A stretch of 64,000 nt of DNA from positions 1-64,000 of IMG/VR virus record IMGVR_UViG_3300032268_000832, one strand, 5' to 3'. Positions 8,598 through 16,329 of the stretch are shown here, piece by piece. Under the pieces are notes generated by a model that worked only from the letters and a program-made list of their open reading frames with translations, made no database searches and had not been told where the DNA came from. Position numbers and translations under genes: made by a program. Numbering within the stretch: the first letter of the stretch is position 1; the number at the start of each line of letters is the position of its first letter.

Positions 8598-8663
8598 AAA
8601 TATTTGTGAGTGTAAATTATTTGTTATATATTTGCACTCACAAACTAAATTATTCAGTTATAT

Positions 8664-8741
8664 ATGAAAACTAAAAAAATTAAATGGCACAAATATTTTA
8701 TTGTTGCCTTTGGTATATGGTTAATAAATTTATTATCATAG
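8664..8741 (+). CDS. small membrane peptide (25 aa, MKTKKIKWHKYFIVAFGIWLINLLS)
   Basis: Has its own promoter (8603-8634); basic N-terminus plus hydrophobic helix. Confidence 0.55.
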   Translation: MKTKKIKWHKYFIVAFGIWLINLLS

Positions 8742-8825
8742 TGTACACATTTGTGTCTATTACGCGTAGTACTCATTAAATTAAATTATATGACAACGAT
8801 ATATAAACCAACAAATTAAAAAAAA

Positions 8826-9152
8826 ATGAAAGTATTAACAGCAGAATTAGTAGCATCGAATAAAAGAGAACGAATCTCTGGCGGTGTCTACATTGAATTT
8901 GAAACAACTGAAAATGTGAAAAAAGATGACTACTTTAAAGTAAAAGTAGAAGACTTTAGTTATGATTTTCAAGCAAATGGAGTAAAAGTAGAAGGGGATA
9001 AATTGAAAGTAACAGCAAGAGAAGTTGGATATTGGGCACAAAAACTTGACAGAAAGGGCGTTGATTTGAGATTAGTTATCGGAAGCGATGTAATTGCTGT
9101 TACTGATGAATCAGAAAAGTCTAAAATATACGAAAGGTCTTGTTGGTGTTAA
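8826..9152 (+). CDS. hypothetical protein (108 aa)
   Basis: ORF track. Confidence 0.8.
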   Translation: MKVLTAELVASNKRERISGGVYIEFETTENVKKDDYFKVKVEDFSYDFQANGVKVEGDKLKVTAREVGYWAQKLDRKGVDLRLVIGSDVIAVTDESEKSKIYERSCWC

Positions 9153-9169
9153 CAAATGTATTTAATTAT

Positions 9170-9224
9170 GGTAAAGTAAAATAATTGTTATATCTTTGCA
9201 CTCACAAAACCAATTAAATTTATT
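9170..9224 (+). repeat. 55 bp perfect direct repeat, copy 1 (copy 2 at 9617-9671), flanking one gene
   Basis: GGTAAAGTAAAATAATTGTTATATCTTTGCACTCACAAAACCAATTAAATTTATT in both copies. Confidence 0.9.
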
Positions 9225-9229
9225 CAGTT

Positions 9230-9610
9230 ATGATAATACAAATAAAACAATACAAATATGAGAAGACCGAAACGTCTTCAATGGATTTAGAGTTGCCAGA
9301 AGAAACGACTTATTTTTTTGAAACTCACGTTAGACGTTCAATAAGAATTAAACCCATATTCACAACGTGGAACAAGGTACGATACGACAAAGAAGAAGAA
9401 TTGTATTATTTTGAGGTTACTTGTGTTTATTTGTCTTCTAAATGTAAGATTGAGAAGTTTAGAGTTAATTTAGACGATTTCAAAAAAGATAAAGAGGTAA
9501 TTCAAAAGGATAACTTTTTAAATGCGTGGGTTAATGATTGGTTTGACAAGCGAACCAAAGAGCAGTTTGATGTTGATTTGAAAATAGCTATTGATAAAAT
9601 AAATGAATAA
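9230..9610 (+). CDS. hypothetical early protein (126 aa)
   Basis: ORF behind promoter-leader repeat. Confidence 0.8.
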   Translation: MIIQIKQYKYEKTETSSMDLELPEETTYFFETHVRRSIRIKPIFTTWNKVRYDKEEELYYFEVTCVYLSSKCKIEKFRVNLDDFKKDKEVIQKDNFLNAWVNDWFDKRTKEQFDVDLKIAIDKINE

Positions 9611-9676
9611 TTATTTGGTAAAGTAAAATAATTGTTATATCTTTGCACTCACAAAACCAATTAAATTTATTGTATT

Positions 9677-10066
9677 ATGAAAATCAATTTAGTAGAAGTA
9701 CCAAGACCAATGGTAAGCAGTTTTATGATGTTTGCTGAACCTGACTTAAATTTATTAAGAGAAACCAAAACAATAAGAGTTTCTTTTCATCACATTACCA
9801 AAACAAGAATTTCAACAAGTATTCAGTTTGGAGAATATTGTGTTAAAGCCAATAAATTTATTGACGGATATAAAATGCACAAAGACGTACAATGGAATCA
9901 TTTTAGTAGCGGACAACAAACAAGCCATTATTTTGTTAAATCAAAAAAACAAAATTATGATGTTTATAAAGAGTTTGTCATTAAATTAATTGAGAGCGTA
10001 ATAAAAGATAATTTCAAAATGGAATTAGACGAAATTACCATTAATTTGGAACAAAGAGAATTTTAA
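9677..10066 (+). CDS. hypothetical early protein (129 aa)
   Basis: ORF behind promoter-leader repeat. Confidence 0.8.
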   Translation: MKINLVEVPRPMVSSFMMFAEPDLNLLRETKTIRVSFHHITKTRISTSIQFGEYCVKANKFIDGYKMHKDVQWNHFSSGQQTSHYFVKSKKQNYDVYKEFVIKLIESVIKDNFKMELDEITINLEQREF

Positions 10067-10149
10067 CAAAATTTTAACATTTTCCCACTTGTATTAGTGG
10101 GAAATTGTTTTACCTTTGCACTCACAAAACCAATTAAATTTATTGAATT

Positions 10150-10614
10150 ATGAAAAAAGTATTATTAGTATCAGTATTATTTTTAGTTTCTACATTAACA
10201 TTTTCACAATGTTATAGAAGTAAAAGAAATTACGATAGAGAAAGTCATTTTGGACTTGTTGCTAACATCGGTACACTTAAATCATTAGGTGGCGAAATTT
10301 ACGTTAAATTTAATAACCATATAATCGGTGGCGGTTATGCAGGGGAAATTAATGGTGCTAAAGTGGTATCAGAAGAATTTAAAAACGAAACACTATATTT
10401 AACCTATGGTTATCAATATGAAAAATATACCTTTGGTGTTAGATATGGTAAACAAAATAAAGCAAGTTGGATTGATACAACTACAAAAGAAGTAACTCCT
10501 TATTCAACAATGGTTGGCGGTTATATGGGTTACAATTTTACGAATAAAGTTGCTATTAATTTAGGTTACGATACATTTAGCCAAGTAACAATAGGTATTG
10601 TTATGGGGTTATAA
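10150..10614 (+). CDS. secreted, outer-membrane beta-barrel-like protein (154 aa)
   Basis: Sec signal MKKVLLVSVLFLVSTLTFS|Q; alternating G/Y/aliphatic strands (YLTYGYQY, YTFGVRYG, VAINLGY). Confidence 0.6.
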   Translation: MKKVLLVSVLFLVSTLTFSQCYRSKRNYDRESHFGLVANIGTLKSLGGEIYVKFNNHIIGGGYAGEINGAKVVSEEFKNETLYLTYGYQYEKYTFGVRYGKQNKASWIDTTTKEVTPYSTMVGGYMGYNFTNKVAINLGYDTFSQVTIGIVMGL

Positions 10615-10662
10615 ACAATAAAATTAATATCCATAATGTTAATTTGATTTAAAGTTGATTTG

Positions 10663-10700
10663 AATAAGGGTTGTTAAATTTAACAATCCTTATTTTTTTT
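10663..10700 (+). terminator. intrinsic terminator
   Basis: AATAAGGGTTGTTA-aatt-TAACAATCCTTATT plus T run. Confidence 0.75.
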
Positions 10701-10775
10701 TTTAGTATTTGTTTGGTATATTAAAATATTGTTATATATTTGCATAGAATTAATAACCAATTAAATTAAATCATT

Positions 10776-11033
10776 ATGGGACACGAACAATTATTTAACG
10801 CATCAGAGCAACAACTTGCAGATTTTTGTCAAGCAAACATTAACAACAAAATGCAGTTAACACTCAAAGGACAAGGCAATTTTAAACACATTTCAGCAGT
10901 AGGATTGAATATTTGTTGTGTAAGTGTTAGAATGCTCGGGAAAGATAGTTATTATTACTTTGGTTGTATTAGAGCGCATATATATAACGAACTATTATAT
11001 AAGTTTGACCATAGACATAAACGCAGAAGTTAA
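10776..11033 (+). CDS. hypothetical early protein (85 aa)
   Basis: ORF behind promoter-leader repeat. Confidence 0.75.
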   Translation: MGHEQLFNASEQQLADFCQANINNKMQLTLKGQGNFKHISAVGLNICCVSVRMLGKDSYYYFGCIRAHIYNELLYKFDHRHKRRS

Positions 11034-11120
11034 TAAATTAAATAACCCACTTAAAAAAAAGTGGGTTATTTATTTGGTATATTAAAATATTGTTATATCT
11101 TTGCACTCACAAACCAATTA
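11033..11120 (+). repeat. 88 bp perfect direct repeat, copy 2
   Basis: Identical to 6281-6368. Confidence 0.9.
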
Positions 11121-11132
11121 AATTATTTAGTT

Positions 11133-11261
11133 ATGAAATCAATTTCAGTTTCTTTTTACGCTAAAACTTCTGACAACAAAGAAGTTAAATTAGAACAAAA
11201 TCCGTTTGTTGAAGTGTATCTTAAAACACCAAAAGAAACAACCCTTATTTGTGTTAATTAA
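11133..11261 (+). CDS. hypothetical early protein (42 aa; start corrected)
   Basis: The track's start at 11061 lies in the terminator; ATG 11133 follows the leader. Confidence 0.6.
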   Translation: MKSISVSFYAKTSDNKEVKLEQNPFVEVYLKTPKETTLICVN

Positions 11262-11281
11262 CCCAATAAATTAAATGACTT

Positions 11282-11548
11282 ATGAATGTAGATAATAAAC
11301 TAATAGCAGAATTTTTAGGTTACTCACAACCGCACCCTGATTATCCTGATACAACATATTGGTATAAAAAAGACTTTCCACCACTTACAATATTATCTTT
11401 TGACACTGATTGGAATTGGTTAATACAAGTAGTAAAAAAGATTGAGAGTTTGAACAAATTAGATAGTGTATTAATAAACACTGACATCAAAGAAGTTTAC
11501 AACGCTTGTGTAGAATTTATTAAGTGGTATAACGAACAACCTAAATAA
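11282..11548 (+). CDS. hypothetical protein (88 aa)
   Basis: Leader AAATTAAATGACTTATG. Confidence 0.8.
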   Translation: MNVDNKLIAEFLGYSQPHPDYPDTTYWYKKDFPPLTILSFDTDWNWLIQVVKKIESLNKLDSVLINTDIKEVYNACVEFIKWYNEQPK

Positions 11549-11559
11549 ATTAAATCACT

Positions 11560-11631
11560 ATGAAAAAATTAATTATTATAAAAGCAGTTATATTACTTGT
11601 AGTGATACTATTAATCTATCTTTTAAGATAA
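11560..11631 (+). CDS. small membrane peptide (23 aa, MKKLIIIKAVILLVVILLIYLLR)
   Basis: Leader AAATTAAATCACTATG; almost wholly hydrophobic. Confidence 0.55.
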   Translation: MKKLIIIKAVILLVVILLIYLLR

Positions 11632-11686
11632 GGTTATGTACACATTTGTGTCTATTACGTATATAACCAATTAAATTTAATGAATT

Positions 11687-11977
11687 ATGTCAGAATTAGT
11701 AACCAATAGCACCACAGATAATAAATTGATGTGGAGAGTAAATACACCTCAATTACTTAAAGAAATTATGCAAAATAATGAAGTGGCAATATTATCAAAA
11801 CCACTTGAAATATTTGCTACAATACTTGCAGAAGTAGGGGAAAGAGCAAGTGAATTAAATGACCCTAAATTAAACGCTCTTATGTGTCGTTTGGCAATAT
11901 ATGAAGTTGCAGACCCATACGACAAAGAATATAATTCAGAGTTAACCAATGATACAATAAAAAAAGGATACCAATAA
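11687..11977 (+). CDS. hypothetical protein (96 aa)
   Basis: Follows the second-class motif and leader. Confidence 0.8.
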   Translation: MSELVTNSTTDNKLMWRVNTPQLLKEIMQNNEVAILSKPLEIFATILAEVGERASELNDPKLNALMCRLAIYEVADPYDKEYNSELTNDTIKKGYQ

Positions 11978-12006
11978 ATTAAACCACAACCAACACAACA
12001 ACCAAG

Positions 12007-12030
12007 AAACGCCCCAAAAGGGCGTTTTTT
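12007..12030 (+). terminator. terminator closing the early array
   Basis: AAACGCCC-caaaa-GGGCGTTT plus T run. Confidence 0.8.
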
Positions 12031-12141
12031 TATTGTTTAAAGCGTTTTTATTCAAAAATGGTATATTGATACCAAAATTAATTAAACGTGCCTTAAAACG
12101 TATGTATGTACACTTTTGTGTCAGCGCCCACGTGCAAGGCA

Positions 12142-12269
12142 AATAAATTAAACCTCGTGAATAAATTAAACCTCGTGAATAAATTAAACCTCGTGAATAA
12201 ATTAAACCTGATGAATTAAACCTGATGAATTAAACCTGATGAATTAAACCTGATGAATTAAACCTGATG
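12142..12269. repeat. iteron-like tandem repeats (core AATTAAACCT x8)
   Basis: 3x AATAAATTAAACCTCGTG, 1x AATAAATTAAACCTGATG, 4x AATTAAACCTGATG; AT-rich tract at 12270-12323. Confidence 0.9.
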
Positions 12270-12323
12270 AATAAATTTATTTAGTTATTGCAGCATAAAA
12301 TAATAAATAAATAAATTTATTAT

Positions 12324-12537
12324 CACGTATGCGTGTAGCGTGTGTATGTGTGTGTATGTATGCGTGTAGCGTGTGTATGTGTGTGTATGTATGTGCGTAG
12401 CGTGTGTATGTGTGTGTATGCGTGTGTATGCGTGTGTATGCGTGTGTATGCGTGTGTATGCGTGTGTATGTGTGTGTATGCGTGTGTATGCGTGTGTGCG
12501 TAGCGTGTGTGCGTAGCGTGTGTGTGCGTATGCGTGT
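12324..12537. repeat. alternating purine-pyrimidine (TG/CG/TA) microsatellite-like tract
   Basis: Units TATGCGTGTAGCGTGTGTATGTGTGTGTATG and CGTGTGTATG repeated. Confidence 0.9.
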
Positions 12538-12674
12538 TGATTATTATTAAATTAATAACACTAAAAAAAAATTTAAAGTTTTTTATCTTTTTTGTTGTAT
12601 ATTAAATTTATTTTATATCTTTGCGGTGTTCAAAAAGAACGAAATTAAATTTTTAATCATTAAATTCTTACATT

Positions 12675-13235
12675 ATGGAAAATCAAGTTTTAAGAGTTAC
12701 AGAATTAGAGTTAAGCGAAATTTTAAAAAATTTCAAAGTTGTTAAGGGTATGGCGGTTTTTGGTACTATCTTCCAAACTACTATACCAAAAGCGTTAGTA
12801 AAAGATAGAATTACAAAAGAAAAAAACCCTTTTGCGGTTATTCAAAAGCAAAGTAAAGTAAGTTGTATTTTTAACGCTGATTACGAAAAGCAAGTTGTTA
12901 ATCAATTAAAGCGTGAAGATAAACCCGAAACTGATTACCACAAAGGTAATGCGGTTATGGAATTAGAATTTTTTGGTAATAATGACTTTTTTTGTAGAAA
13001 TGTAAAAAATCAAAAATCGGTTGTTAGATACCGACCAAATGACAATGTTAAACCTACTACGGAATATTTTGCTGATGATAAAAAAGTAAGTTTTGAACAA
13101 GTTAAAAATTTGTTGCCTGAAACAAGTAAAGCGACAAATCAAGGTACTGAAAGAGAAATTTTATGGCGAACAATTTATCTTTCAAACATAAACGAAATAA
13201 CGATAAATAAAGTTAAGTATATCGTTATAAGATAA
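12675..13235 (+). CDS. hypothetical protein (186 aa)
   Basis: Own TAtcTTTG promoter (12616-12623) and terminator (13243-13273). Confidence 0.85.
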   Translation: MENQVLRVTELELSEILKNFKVVKGMAVFGTIFQTTIPKALVKDRITKEKNPFAVIQKQSKVSCIFNADYEKQVVNQLKREDKPETDYHKGNAVMELEFFGNNDFFCRNVKNQKSVVRYRPNDNVKPTTEYFADDKKVSFEQVKNLLPETSKATNQGTEREILWRTIYLSNINEITINKVKYIVIR

Positions 13236-13242
13236 TAAATTT

Positions 13243-13273
13243 AATAAGGGCTAAATTTTAGCCCTTATTTTTT
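13243..13273 (+). terminator. intrinsic terminator
   Basis: AATAAGGGCTAA/TTAGCCCTTATT plus T run. Confidence 0.8.
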
Positions 13274-13430
13274 GCCCTATAATTAAATGTTAAATTTATG
13301 TTAAAATTTATATTATTATTTGTATATCTAATTTATTTTACAGCAACTCAAATAAAGCGTTTTAAACAACTTTGTTTAATTCTGGACACGATATACCTTT
13401 TTACAAAGATAATTCAATACAAGCAAAATA

Positions 13431-13660
13431 CACCCCCTATACACCCCCCTACACCCCCTTCCTCGTTACCCCCCTTCCCCTACGTTACCCATGCCGAGCC
13501 AAAGGTGGGGCATGATGATGTTCGCGAAATTTTTCCTGGAAATTTTTTTAGATGAAAAAAAGGGACCTATATAAGATTTTTTTTTTCTGGGGAATTTTTC
13601 GACTTAAAAAAAGAACACCCCTTTTTTCAAAAAAATTTTTTTAGGAATTTTTTGGGGTAA
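13431..13660. other. C-tract cluster (G4/i-motif potential) plus GC hairpin and phased A/T tracts; non-coding
   Basis: C5,C6,C5,C6,C4,C3 runs at 13433-13490; CATGCC...GGCATG at 13490-13514; repeated GAAATTTTT and A6-8 tracts. Confidence 0.7.
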
Positions 13661-13700
13661 AAAAAAGAGGCACCATATTAGCACCTCTTTCTTAGAAAAA

Positions 13701-14333
13701 TTATTTAGGGTTTATTTTATTTTCTAGATTATAGTAGTAAGTGTTTTCGTCACCTTTTTTAATTGTCCATCTATCTGACACTGATTCGCAGCACCATTCT
13801 TTATCATCCACCATCCAATCTGGTTTTTCTGGAAATGGTTTAGTTACGAACGACATATCTTTCCACATTAGTCTATTGTTTGGTTGTAGGGCAAAGTTAC
13901 CGTTATCTAATTTGATTAGGTGAGCTGCTTTGTATTGTGTTGGTTCGTTAGAGTATGGGTTGTCATACCAATCAAATGTCATTATATAGTTACCCCATTC
14001 ATTTGTTCCGTCTTTGAATACTACTTTTACTCTAGATTGCAATAGATAATCATAAACGGTACAAGTTACATCGTAACCGAAGCAGTCCCATAATTGAAGA
14101 TGGTCCAAGGTCATTTTAGGTGTTTCTTCTTTCCATGCTAGCATATGGATAGGGACTCTTGACCTAACGGCGCCTTCTTCTGTCATTACGTGAAAGGTAA
14201 GTGCTTTACCGCCTACAGATTGCGCACCAAATATAATTACGTCTTGCATACCTTGTCTTCCATCATGTTGGTACATGTGTTCGATTCTCATCTTAGCATA
14301 GAAGTGTGGTATTGTAACATTTAATGTGGCCAT
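13701..14333 (-). CDS. conserved phage hypothetical protein (210 aa)
   Basis: Conserved-looking blocks LQLWDCF and LDNGNFALQPNNR; terminator 13659-13690 downstream. Confidence 0.85.
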   Translation of the reverse strand: MATLNVTIPHFYAKMRIEHMYQHDGRQGMQDVIIFGAQSVGGKALTFHVMTEEGAVRSRVPIHMLAWKEETPKMTLDHLQLWDCFGYDVTCTVYDYLLQSRVKVVFKDGTNEWGNYIMTFDWYDNPYSNEPTQYKAAHLIKLDNGNFALQPNNRLMWKDMSFVTKPFPEKPDWMVDDKEWCCESVSDRWTIKKGDENTYYYNLENKINPK

Positions 14334-14336
14334 GTG

Positions 14337-14666
14337 TTATTTGGTTTTGTTTTTAATGATTAGTTCACCGAGCACTTCGAGTCTACCCACTTCTTTTTGG
14401 AATTGTGTTTGGGACATATCCAGAGATATTTTGTTGTAAGTTTCGTTGTATTCTTTTATGGCTTGTTCTATATCAAACTTTCCGTCTATGGCTTTTTTGT
14501 AATAAGCTGGTTTTACGTTAAAGTGGTTATATGTTAGCATTGCGTCGCCGCCTTTTTCTTTTGCGTTTGCTATTATTTTTTCGGCGCCAGCAAGTCTATT
14601 CTTTGCGAAGTCTTTATCGTCGAATACAAAATTTTCTCTAAGCAGTTGTTTTATGGTATGTTTCAT
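14337..14666 (-). CDS. putative internal head protein (N-terminal MKHTIKQLLRE)
   Basis: Shared N-terminal motif; late promoter at 14688-14699. Confidence 0.8.
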   Translation of the reverse strand: MKHTIKQLLRENFVFDDKDFAKNRLAGAEKIIANAKEKGGDAMLTYNHFNVKPAYYKKAIDGKFDIEQAIKEYNETYNKISLDMSQTQFQKEVGRLEVLGELIIKNKTK

Positions 14667-14714
14667 ATTTTTTAATGTTTTAAATTATATTTATAAATAC
14701 ATAAAAAAAGTAAA

Positions 14715-16301
14715 ATGAATACAAACATACGCAATATACTTAGAGAGGGACTTATTGTAGAGGCTTCAAAGAAAGATATTCTCATTAACAAGATTGGGTG
14801 GGATGAGGAGTCGGCTGATATACTTGATAGACTTTGTGGTCCGTTAAGTGTTTGGATGGGCAACAAGATTATTGAATACAAGGTAGAAGACTATGGGGAA
14901 TTTCCTGATGGTACTTCACCTCAAGACATAAAGAAGGTTATAATGGATACTCTTAACGGTGAAAGATTTGTCAACAGAAATCGTCAACAACTTACATCCA
15001 TCATGGACTGGATTCGTGTTGGTCTTAACGGCAACTTGGGTGAAAATAAAAATTTATCTTTTTGGGATTTATACAAAGCATCTGAGAAATGGCATGATGA
15101 ATTGGAAGTTGGTGCTGGTGATATTAACTATATTGAAGAGAATCCTATTATACTTGACTTTAGAGATGCTAACGGCAATGGATTTTATTGGGCTGATTTG
15201 GAAACATCAAGTTCAAAAGAGGAATGTAATCGTATGGGACATTGTGGTACTAGTAGCGCTGGTAGGATTTATTCTCTTAGACAAGTCACACAATTAAATG
15301 AAAAGTATAAGCTTAACAAGTCTGTGTTGACTGCTGCTATTGGTACCGATGGCATAGTGTATCAGATGAAGGGTGGAAAGAATAGCAAGCCTGAAGAAAA
15401 GTATCATCAGTATATTTATCCGTTGTTATTCTTAAAGAATGGTGATGATTATTTTATCAAGGGGTTTGGTAGTGAATATGATAGTGCTAGTGACTTTAAG
15501 TTGACTGATTTTAGTGATGATGTTATTGGTGAGATATTTGCTAAGCGTCCTGAGTTGTTTAACAAGAGAAGTCTTAAGAAGAAATTATTTGCTTTGGGTC
15601 TTATTCCTGAATTGCCTGAGGAGTATGTTAACATTGAGATTGCTGTTGATAATATTGAAAGATATGTAGACAGTAATTATTCTGATGTTATTAAGAGTGT
15701 GTTGAGTGGTGATGATTATGACTTATGGGATAATTATGATGCTGATTGGAAGAGTGCATTGGAGTATCATGTTAATAATGAGAGTACAGTTGAGATAATA
15801 AATGTATTAAGGGAGATGGCGGCAAAGAATGGTGTTGAATTTGATGATAGTATGAGTCTTGAGGAAATGATTGAGGAGTATGATGAGGACCAAGAGGTTA
15901 TAAACGCGATTCAGTTATCTGTCAACGATGCTGAGCGTGATGATTATATTAGTTACATATACAAACAATTAAAAAGTTCGCTTGAGGAATATGGTGGTGT
16001 TGAGAAGTTGGATGATACTGGTGTTAGCATGCGTGTTGATTTGGGCAAACTGATTGATGAATTGGAGGATGATGTTTATGAAGAGATAGCTGACAATTGT
16101 AATGATGATAGTGATTGTATATTTAATGAGATGGTTTCTGATAGTTGGATTGATAAACCTGATTTTTATTTGGATGATAGATATATTCCTGATGTTAGTG
16201 AGGAATATTTTAATGAGTTGTTACAAGAAAGACTTGGTGAGATAAGTTTAAATGAAAGCAAGGCTTTTATAAAGAATATGCTTAGAGAGAATTTTAAATA
16301 A
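14715..16301 (+). CDS. PcfJ-like domain protein with acidic C-terminus; LRE motif at both termini
   Basis: EECNRMGHCG...IYSLR...QMKGGKN; MNTNIRNILRE and FIKNMLRENFK. Confidence 0.65.
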   Translation: MNTNIRNILREGLIVEASKKDILINKIGWDEESADILDRLCGPLSVWMGNKIIEYKVEDYGEFPDGTSPQDIKKVIMDTLNGERFVNRNRQQLTSIMDWIRVGLNGNLGENKNLSFWDLYKASEKWHDELEVGAGDINYIEENPIILDFRDANGNGFYWADLETSSSKEECNRMGHCGTSSAGRIYSLRQVTQLNEKYKLNKSVLTAAIGTDGIVYQMKGGKNSKPEEKYHQYIYPLLFLKNGDDYFIKGFGSEYDSASDFKLTDFSDDVIGEIFAKRPELFNKRSLKKKLFALGLIPELPEEYVNIEIAVDNIERYVDSNYSDVIKSVLSGDDYDLWDNYDADWKSALEYHVNNESTVEIINVLREMAAKNGVEFDDSMSLEEMIEEYDEDQEVINAIQLSVNDAERDDYISYIYKQLKSSLEEYGGVEKLDDTGVSMRVDLGKLIDELEDDVYEEIADNCNDDSDCIFNEMVSDSWIDKPDFYLDDRYIPDVSEEYFNELLQERLGEISLNESKAFIKNMLRENFK

Positions 16302-16329
16302 AAAAAGGGCCAAATGGCCCTTTATTTTT
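16300..16329. terminator. bidirectional terminator
   Basis: AAAGGGCC-aaat-GGCCCTTT between convergent genes. Confidence 0.8.

Larger units (their letters stand above)
683..12623 (+). promoter_or_regulatory. array of ~19 Bacteroidota sigma70-type early promoters with a conserved leader (feature spans the array)
   Basis: TTTG(or CTTG/TATG)-N19..21-TAnnTTTG at 683-713, 1105-1136, 1495-1526, 2402-2432, 3448-3478, ~4890-4919 (degenerate), 5449-5479, 6321-6351, 6987-7017, 7618-7648, 7944-7975, 8207-8238, 8603-8634, 9167-9198, 9614-9645, 10088-10118, 10712-10742, 11073-11103, 12591-12623; most are followed by CACTCACAAACCAATTAAATT with an ATG ~30 nt downstream. Confidence 0.9.

Noticed and set aside
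9140-9165. Another attC-like site (gene ends in TTAAC)
   Set aside because: No downstream stem, GTT partner or complementary cassette start
12324-12537. Low-complexity coding sequence or eukaryotic origin of the window
   Set aside because: No credible ORF; flanks carry Bacteroidota promoters and the window has a T4-like head module
683-12623. CRISPR array (regularly recurring ~50 bp repeats)
   Set aside because: The intervals are whole genes of 100-800 bp and the repeats are promoters; the 12142-12269 repeats have no spacers; no cas genes
13298-13555. 85 aa ORF from the track
   Set aside because: TTA-rich start and a Pro run produced by the C-tracts; no leader; likely spurious
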